Shown in pieces: positions 6,904 through 12,944 of a DNA stretch of 12,944 nucleotides. The stretch comes from Candidatus Brocadiia bacterium (GTDB lineage: Bacteria > Planctomycetota > Brocadiia > SM23-32). The stretch is taken from positions 1 through 12,944 of the forward strand of contig JBKHIT010000093.1 in assembly GCA_046538485.1 (NCBI GenBank), written 5' to 3'. The notes beneath the pieces were generated by a model that was not told where the DNA came from, ran no database searches, and saw only the letters and a list, made by a program, of their open reading frames with translations. Each line of letters starts with the position of its first letter. The stretch's first letter is position 1. The position numbers were made by a program, and so were the translations under genes.

Positions 6904-8811
6904 TTACCTGTCATTGCGAGGCGTCGCGCTCGGCGGAGCGTCGCGGCAATCCGGAAGTGCGCCGTAGCCTTCAGCGTTGTAATTGCTTAAGGCCTCGCTG
7001 GTGCGTAAATACCGATCGTAAATCCGCAGGAAGAGCACTTCGCCGTTGAGATCCGGGGCCATTTGTGCTTCGGCTGCGCCGTTAACTTCTTTCAGGCAGG
7101 GGTGAAAACGTCCCCAGCCGAATTGTCTTTCCCGCCCGCCATCACAGAGCACCCCGTCGACCATCACGCTGATCAATTTCGGGCCGCCGTCCACAATGAA
7201 AGCTATCTGATGTTCCCGATCGGTTTCGAGCAAACCCGGATCGCAATCCCAGGAACAGCGCGCAAGCCCGTTTCCCCAGCGCGCCCCCGGTTCGTCGTAG
7301 AGACGCCCGCAAATGGTCAGATCCAGCGTCTCACGATCCGTCAATTGAAGCAACATCCCGCGCCCTTCCTCGTCGCGGCTGTCAAAAAGCACCTGCCACG
7401 GCGTCAGATCTTCGAATTTCACCCGGCACTCGAGGGTAACCCCTCCACGATCGAGCACAACCTGACGGCCTTCTTCCTCGTGCGTCGCGCCGGTCTCCGG
7501 ATCGAGGTATCCGGCGCCGCGGTTGTGGATCATGGGCAGATCGGGCATTTTGACAGCCCCGGAGCCGCCTTCGTGTTCCAGCACGAGTCCCTCGCGGACC
7601 ACCTCCCGGTCCTCACCCTGGCGCCACATGCCCTCCAGGAGTCCCGGATCAAGCTCATGCACCCGGGCTGTGCTTTTCTGGGTTTCGGTGAAGAAATACC
7701 GCCCATTTTCTTCAATAAAATCGGGATAGCTCATCCGGTTGCCGATCTTATCATCGTACAGAATTAGCTCCGGCTGCGACCAGTAGATGTAGCCGTCTTT
7801 TTCAATCCCGCCGCACATCCAGATCGGGTTGCGGTGGGCGTATCCTTTCCAGCTCTCGACACCCTGGGTATTTCCCAGTTTCTCGCCACCGTGGAAACAG
7901 AACCAGTAGATATATTTCCCGTTGGAAAACCGCCGCACGAAATTGGCGGACCGCGGGTTCTTGACCCGCCGTCCGCCGGGCGTATATCGCATCCAGTCCC
8001 GCTCCCAGGTATGCCCATCGTCCCGGCTGTATGCGTGGCAGGCAAAACCGTCGATTGTGCGGTATGTGCCGTAGAGGGATCCGTCGTTCATCGGTGTGGC
8101 GTTGAATTCTCCCGCAATCGGTCCCCCGCCTTCCGGCGTGCGCAGGCCCACGTCACCTTCCGGCAGAGTCTCCCACTCATGTTTCGACGGATCGAGTTCG
8201 GTCAGAATATTAGGGCTGCGGAACAACACGCCCTCGTTCTGGACAAAAAACCCCGTCCCGAACCCACCCACTTTGCTGGCACAAACATAGGCAGCTCCGT
8301 GGTGGACGAAAGGTTTCCCTACGCCCCAGAAGAACATGACATCGCCGCCGTAAACATTCTCGCGGTCTGTCTCGAATTTCCGCATCGGAATCTCGTACCG
8401 TTCCTCCGACCACGTGCGGCCCCGGTCGTCGCTGTATTTGTAGGCGTAGACCCCGATGGAATCGACTCGCGATATGGTGTCGCCGTTGACGTTTTTGACT
8501 TCCCGACGGTTTTCTTTGTTGTAGGTATAGAAGGCATAAATACGCCCGGTTTCCGGGATCCGTAGGGGCATAGCCCATGAAGCCTCGGGCCCGCCGGGGG
8601 GCTCGATATCGAATGGTCCTTCCCAGTTCCGACCGTGATCCGAAGTGATGACCGATACAACATGCTGCCCCGTATCTCCCTCGTGTCCCCGGCCGGTCGT
8701 CATAACGCAGGTCCACGATCCGTTGTCGTTTTGTACAACGTACGGCTGGTCGCAGTATCCTTCACCGGGGATCTCAAATCCATTCTCAATATGGCGAAGA
8801 TCTTCTTTCAT
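6904..8811 (-). CDS. BNR/Asp-box sialidase-fold protein with a C-terminal LamG/ConA-like domain
   Basis: Asp-boxes TSDHGRNW, YSDDRGRTW and YSRDDGHTW, plus MSYPDF. The C-terminal HQIAFIVDG...VMVDG...LRIYDRYL pattern is LamG-like. No signal peptide is evident. Confidence 0.85.
   Translation of the reverse strand: MKEDLRHIENGFEIPGEGYCDQPYVVQNDNGSWTCVMTTGRGHEGDTGQHVVSVITSDHGRNWEGPFDIEPPGGPEASWAMPLRIPETGRIYAFYTYNKENRREVKNVNGDTISRVDSIGVYAYKYSDDRGRTWSEERYEIPMRKFETDRENVYGGDVMFFWGVGKPFVHHGAAYVCASKVGGFGTGFFVQNEGVLFRSPNILTELDPSKHEWETLPEGDVGLRTPEGGGPIAGEFNATPMNDGSLYGTYRTIDGFACHAYSRDDGHTWERDWMRYTPGGRRVKNPRSANFVRRFSNGKYIYWFCFHGGEKLGNTQGVESWKGYAHRNPIWMCGGIEKDGYIYWSQPELILYDDKIGNRMSYPDFIEENGRYFFTETQKSTARVHELDPGLLEGMWRQGEDREVVREGLVLEHEGGSGAVKMPDLPMIHNRGAGYLDPETGATHEEEGRQVVLDRGGVTLECRVKFEDLTPWQVLFDSRDEEGRGMLLQLTDRETLDLTICGRLYDEPGARWGNGLARCSWDCDPGLLETDREHQIAFIVDGGPKLISVMVDGVLCDGGRERQFGWGRFHPCLKEVNGAAEAQMAPDLNGEVLFLRIYDRYLRTSEALSNYNAEGYGALPDCRDAPPSATPRNDR
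6910..6951. repeat. GTCATTGCGAG...GCAATC palindromic element overlapping the 3' end of the sialidase-fold gene
   Basis: ATTGC/GCAAT and CGCTC/GAGCG arms. Matches the widespread GTCATTGCGAG...GCAATC intergenic palindrome type from recall. Confidence 0.65.
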
Positions 8812-8977
8812 CTCGCATGCCCTTCAAAACGGACTAAATCGGTTTTGGCAGAATGCCGGCACACTATTTGAACCTTGTATCATAAACGATCCGGGTGGGT
8901 AATGCATGAAAGCCCGCGATGGTTGGTTTTTCGCTGTCGGGCTAAAGCATCTTGCGGGTGGTCTTCAGGCTTTAGAC

Positions 8978-9006
8978 TGTGGCGGCCGCGAGTCGCGGTC
9001 GCCACA
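8978..9006. repeat. REP-like palindrome (GTGG class)
   Basis: TGTGGCGGCCGCGA-G-TCGCGGTCGCCACA, 14-bp arms with one G.T pair. Confidence 0.75.
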
Positions 9007-9085
9007 CTTCACAGCCGGCTCCGCCGGCGGAAACGGACAGATGACAGAGCGTCAGAGGACAGTGGTCAACGACGGCAACGGCACA

Positions 9086-9108
9086 GCGGCGAAAAATCGC
9101 CGCACTCC
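9086..9108 (-). repeat. REP-like hairpin (GGAG class)
   Basis: Minus strand GGAGT-GCGGCGA-TTTT-TCGCCGC. Confidence 0.7.
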
Positions 9109-9204
9109 AGAGCCGGCTGCGCCAGCGGGGTTCATGCATGAGACGGTGCTGATACAATTGTCCACCACGCAGGATATTCCGTTGCGCAGCAAACGACAAC
9201 GACT

Positions 9205-9249
9205 CCGGGTCTCTCGACCCGGCCCACAGGCTGGAGAAACTGTGCCACA
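9205..9249 (-). repeat. Two adjacent REP-like hairpins
   Basis: CCGGGTC-TCTC-GACCCGG (9205-9222), and minus-strand TGTGG-CACAG-TTTCTCCAGC-CTGTG (9225-9249). Confidence 0.65.
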
Positions 9250-9393
9250 CGGGTTTTGGCTCACGGTATGGCAGAAGGCCAAAAAACGTACTCGCCACAT
9301 AAGGTATTGTAATGACAGGACTGCCTGGAAACCGCTTCTGAGGGCCAGGGGCCCGGCGTATATCAGTCCCCGGCGGATTTGTAAGCGGACGGA

Positions 9394-9443
9394 CCCGCGA
9401 GGGGGCTGGACTTCAGCCGGAGGCTGGAGTTCAGCACGCGGTC
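9394..9443 (+). repeat. Hairpin module B, copy 1
   Basis: 47/50 identical to 12710-12759; stem GCTGGACTTCAGCC-GGA-GGCTGGAGTTCAGC. Confidence 0.9.
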
Positions 9444-9471
9444 GATTTTCCTGAAGATTCCAGGCGTGCTG

Positions 9472-9543
9472 GCATTTTCCGGCATTTGTCGGCCTCAAGT
9501 CCAGTTTCGCCCGCCGCTGGCGGGCTCAGCTGAACTCGAGTCT
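9472..9543 (-). repeat. Hairpin module A, copy 1
   Basis: Core 9485-9543 matches 12645-12704 with one mismatch outside the variable loop of GCCCGC-loop-GCGGGC. Confidence 0.9.
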
Positions 9544-9618
9544 TCAGGATATGCGATCGACAAGCGGGATTTATGCGCCTCGGGCATCCTTGACGCAGGC
9601 AAAGTGTCAGCGCCCCGT

Positions 9619-9647
9619 TTGCATAAAAGCGCTTCGTCGCGTATACC
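9619..9647 (+). promoter_or_regulatory. Possible sigma70 promoter for the sulfatase
   Basis: TTGCAT, 17-nt spacer, TATACC. Confidence 0.35.
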
Positions 9648-9715
9648 AACCGTCTGATTTTTCGCAGGAATGAGCGCACGTAGAAATGACACTCGAACAA
9701 GCAGTGGAGAAGGTC

Positions 9716-11206
9716 ATGGCAAAAGCCAATATCGTTTTTTTCCATGCCGAAAGCTGGGACGGACGCGCGATGGGATGTATGGGACACCCCGCCATGCAAA
9801 GAGCCACACCCAATCTCGATCAAATGGCAGAACGAGGTGCGCTTTTCCCGCGCACATATTGCACTCATCCCATCTCCTGCCCTTCCCGCGCCAATATGTG
9901 GTCCGGGCGCTACACCCACCAGTGCGAGAGCTGGAACAATCACAAAGGTCTGGAACCTGACGACCCCACACTTATGGATCAGCTCAGTGACGCCGGGTAT
10001 CAGTTCGTCTGCGACGATCCAGCGGATATTGGGCTCGGGGGGTCCGACTATCTCTCCGGTCACCACACCCAGGTCGCTCGAGTCACCGCCTGGACCGGAC
10101 CGGCCGACATCCGATTGCCGGTCTATGGACGCGGCGATCAGGATGTGCGGATCATGACCGGCCAGGACAATGCCGCACAACATGACTGGGACATGACGCA
10201 CAGCGCCGTCGATTTTCTCCGCCAGCAGGCTGACTCCGACGAGCCGTTTTTCCTCTACATCACCACCGGGATGGTCCATCCCAGATTCCGCACCACCGCT
10301 CGTTGGATGGAGAAAGTCGACCTCGATGCGGTGCGCATACCACCCGAAGACGAGCAACTCCACCCGGTCATGGGATACCAGCAGATCAATAAGAACTGGC
10401 GTCACGGCTTCCACCCTTCGACCCGCCGGTTGGCCCGGGCCGTCTACTATGCCATGTGCGCCGAAGCCGACGCAATGGTCGGGGAAATTGCGAGCGCCAT
10501 GGACGAATTGGGTCTCCGGGACGACACCTATTTCATCTTCAGCAGCGATCACGGTGAGCTCAAAACCGAACACCGCAACTGGTATAAAATGAACATGTAC
10601 GATGGGGCATCGCGGGTCCCGCTTATCATCACCGGACCGGGCATTCCCGGCGGGCGACGGGTCGATAATATCGTTTCGCTTATCGATATATTCCCCACGT
10701 TGGCCGAGATAGCGGATATTGAATGTCCCGACCACGTTGAAGGGGAATCACTGATGCCCCTCGCCCTTGGTAAAACCGACGAGAGCCGCGGCTGGGCTTT
10801 TGCTACTCACACAGGCACGTCGGCGAACACAACCATGTTCATGCTGCGCCGGGACGAGTGGAAATACGTCGCCTATCCGGGCTATCCACCGCAACTTTTC
10901 GATCTCGAAGAGGACCCCGACGAAATCCATAACCTCGCCGAATCACGCCCGGAGATCGTGCAGCAGATGGACAAGAAACTTCGCGACATCGTGGACTACG
11001 AAGAAGTCCACGAACGGTGCATCCGCTACGATAAAGAATCGTTCAGGGAATGGCGGAAGCAGGCCAAAGCGGGTCAATTCACCGACACCTCCTACAGCCG
11101 CAGCGCCGACGATCCCGCGACAACCTATGAGGAAATCATGGCCAACGCGTACGTCGGCTGGAGCGAAGAACACGAGGAAAAACTCAACCGCTGGCTTGAA
11201 GAATAG
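9716..11206 (+). CDS. Formylglycine-dependent (Cys-type, S1) sulfatase, arylsulfatase K-like
   Basis: SCPSRANMWSGRY signature, SSDHGE, YKMNMY, QLFDLEEDPDE. GGAG at 9706-9709 favours ATG 9716. No signal peptide. Confidence 0.95.
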   Translation: MAKANIVFFHAESWDGRAMGCMGHPAMQRATPNLDQMAERGALFPRTYCTHPISCPSRANMWSGRYTHQCESWNNHKGLEPDDPTLMDQLSDAGYQFVCDDPADIGLGGSDYLSGHHTQVARVTAWTGPADIRLPVYGRGDQDVRIMTGQDNAAQHDWDMTHSAVDFLRQQADSDEPFFLYITTGMVHPRFRTTARWMEKVDLDAVRIPPEDEQLHPVMGYQQINKNWRHGFHPSTRRLARAVYYAMCAEADAMVGEIASAMDELGLRDDTYFIFSSDHGELKTEHRNWYKMNMYDGASRVPLIITGPGIPGGRRVDNIVSLIDIFPTLAEIADIECPDHVEGESLMPLALGKTDESRGWAFATHTGTSANTTMFMLRRDEWKYVAYPGYPPQLFDLEEDPDEIHNLAESRPEIVQQMDKKLRDIVDYEEVHERCIRYDKESFREWRKQAKAGQFTDTSYSRSADDPATTYEEIMANAYVGWSEEHEEKLNRWLEE

Positions 11207-11222
11207 TCCTCGCAAACGTTGC

Positions 11223-11315
11223 CTACCGCCCCTCATATTCCCGCAAATATTGCGCGACAGCCCTCTTAAAAGCTTGCAGATCAGAAAGTCGACCAAAGTT
11301 GCCATATACTTCATC
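11223..11315 (-). pseudogene. hepT: HepT/DUF86 toxin remnant (start codon plus last helix only)
   Basis: ATGA overlap with the mntA stop. In an adjacent frame from 11315 it reads DEVYGNFGRLSDLQAFKRAVAQYLREYEGR*, typical of a DUF86 C-terminal helix. No RX4H motif remains. Confidence 0.7.
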
Positions 11316-11721
11316 CCCGGGTCTCCTTCAAAATATCTTCCCTCTGTCGACGCAGGATCGGGAGGTAGTCGCAGTATTTTGACATCAAATTGGCTTCAAA
11401 TTCGACCCTGGTGGCCCGGTCCTTCTCATAGACCAACTGGCCGCTGGCGATAACATTATACGCCAGTGTCACCGGCGCTTCTCCGAGCATCACCACATCC
11501 ACTTCTGCCGCATCCAGAACTTCAAGCAGCTCGTGCTCAATGCGGTATCGGCAATCCGGCGCCGCGTCAGGAATCAATGACACCCCAAAATCATAGTCAC
11601 TGGACGGAGCGGCACTTCCATCCGCCCGGGACCCGAACAAATACGCCAGCGCGACCTCCGGGCAGTCGGCAAAATATCCACCAATCTCATTTTTCGAAGT
11701 CTGTGGATTTTCCTCACCCAT
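11311..11721 (-). CDS. mntA: Minimal nucleotidyltransferase, MntA-type antitoxin (type VII TA)
   Basis: AYLFGSRADGSAAPSSDYDFGV (GSX10DXD) and VDVV. RBS GAGGT at 11728-11732 precedes ATG 11721. Confidence 0.9.
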   Translation of the reverse strand: MGEENPQTSKNEIGGYFADCPEVALAYLFGSRADGSAAPSSDYDFGVSLIPDAAPDCRYRIEHELLEVLDAAEVDVVMLGEAPVTLAYNVIASGQLVYEKDRATRVEFEANLMSKYCDYLPILRRQREDILKETRG

Positions 11722-12595
11722 CACCACACCTCGGAACAGGTCAGTGCCTCTCCTGAGAAAAAACATTGAGAGGCAATAGAGCCGTCAGTTTCTTTTCTTT
11801 CGCAGCACACCGCGCCAACCGTTCCCTCATACTGCCCCCCCGGATTTGGAGAAATTCGGCGGACGGCGAAGAATATGGCCCACTCCCTGTCTTGAACACC
11901 CGACTCTGCAAATCAACCGTCGTGGGTTACTAAGTCGAGCAGAAAGAATACTCTAAGTTTTTTTGCTGATCTCAGCGTCGATTGTGTTTTCCCCCTATTT
12001 GTTTACGACACGATCGATTGCATGAAGCACAAATGCTATGCGCATCATTTGAAGGCTCTTTGGGCACGAGCACCACCCGGAAGCCAATCGGGCTTCCAGT
12101 GCCGCGACCCAGAAGCCGTCCAGCCATACTCGGCGAACCTTGTGATGCTCCGGATCAGAGGTCGTTTCCTCTTTGAAACTCTCGACCGTCGTGCCTGCCA
12201 CAAACCGATATCGTCCGGGTGCTGCCCACCGACGGTGGCTCGTAGTCGGCATCCGGACTGGACCCGCAGGTCCCAAAAGTGCAGTCGGTTCGAACAGTAT
12301 CCGCGCCCATATCCTCTCCACCTCCGGCCTGTCTGGTGGCAGAAATAATAGGGGTATTTTACCGGCTGGGGGGCGGATTTTAAAGAATTCCTGCGGGAGA
12401 CGGACAAAATGACACGCGATTAAACGTCTGGTGCCACCTCGGCGGAGATGATTTTTCGGCGGCAACGGGTGGTGGGGAATTGGTTACAGGCGGAAAACAT
12501 CCCCCGAAAATCAAATGTCACGGATCACTATGTGCGGCGGTAAAAACGCAGCCCTCCGGCAGGTCTCGCAGCAAAACAGCAGAACGACCAACGGC

Positions 12596-12622
12596 AGGTC
12601 CGCCTCGGCGATGCGGACCTAC
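12596..12622 (-). repeat. REP-like hairpin (GTAG class)
   Basis: Minus strand GTAG-GTCCGC-ATCGCCGAG-GCGGAC-CT. Confidence 0.75.
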
Positions 12623-12631
12623 AGCTACCTC

Positions 12632-12704
12632 GCATTTCCCAACGTTTGTCCGCCTCAAGTCCAGTTTCGCCCGCTCAGTGGCGGGCTCAGCTGAACTCGA
12701 GTCT
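12632..12704 (-). repeat. Hairpin module A, copy 2
   Basis: Near-identical to 9472-9543; loop TCAGTG versus CGCTG. Confidence 0.9.
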
Positions 12705-12709
12705 CAATC

Positions 12710-12759
12710 CCCGCGAGCGGACTGGACTTCAGCCGGAGGCTGGAGTTCAGAACGCGGTC
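12710..12759 (+). repeat. Hairpin module B, copy 2
   Basis: 47/50 identical to 9394-9443. Confidence 0.9.
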
Positions 12760-12944
12760 CATAAACCAACGGGCCCGCGTCGGTGGAGGCAACGGATTAA
12801 CAAACATTTCGGATTTCAGTCCAGCAGGCGGGTCTGGGAGTGCGAAGTCCGATAACCACCACACACGCTTCCGCTGTTCAGTACGTTGCTTCCTCCGGCG
12901 CAGGATGTTGACATATGTCATGAAAGGCGAATGATGAGCTTCTG

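Noticed and set aside
8875..9498. ORFs 8906..9454, 8972..9298 and 9052..9498
   Set aside because: They run through GC-rich palindromes, have Arg/Pro/Ala-rich composition and show no recognisable domain.
7063..10735. Long ORFs 7063..7767, 7834..8565 and 9431..10735
   Set aside because: Antisense shadows of the sialidase-fold and sulfatase genes.
10943..11314. 123-aa ORF coupled to mntA as an intact HepT
   Set aside because: No RX4H motif, and most of it is antisense to the sulfatase. The DUF86-like residues are in a different frame.
11995..12465. Minus-strand ORF containing PGRYRFVAG...RRVWLDGFWVAALE
   Set aside because: May be another gene remnant (faintly FGE-sulfatase-like), but I cannot assign it without BLASTX, and it has no convincing start.
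9394..12759. CRISPR array or composite transposon bounded by the A/B repeats
   Set aside because: No regular repeat-spacer periodicity, no cas or transposase gene, swapped module order and no target-site duplication.
12655..12921. Minus-strand 88-aa ORF at the window end
   Set aside because: It translates repeat modules A and B and has no domain evidence.

Overview
GC-rich bacterial DNA, probably from the PVC superphylum (Planctomycetota/Lentisphaerota-like, inferred from two tandem prepilin-type H-X9-DG-family genes). Intact genes: two prepilin-type proteins, a Ste24-like M48 peptidase, an MBL-fold hydrolase, a phosphate butyryl/acetyltransferase, a 67-aa hypothetical protein, an Asp-box/BNR sialidase-fold protein with a LamG-like C-terminal domain, a divergently transcribed sulfatase resembling animal arylsulfatase K, and an MntA-type nucleotidyltransferase. 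Two features stand out between and inside these genes. First, there are several deletion-collapsed gene remnants: a HepT toxin reduced to its start and last helix, a 44-aa receiver-domain stub, a DUF3604-like remnant and a possible sulfatase tail. Second, there is a dense set of palindromic elements: a ~164-bp hairpin MITE, REP-like hairpins of several classes, two ~50-70-bp hairpin modules present twice in swapped order, and palindromic or repeat DNA read in frame inside three proteins. No rRNA, tRNA, CRISPR array or intact transposase was seen. All family assignments come from motif recognition, not database searches.
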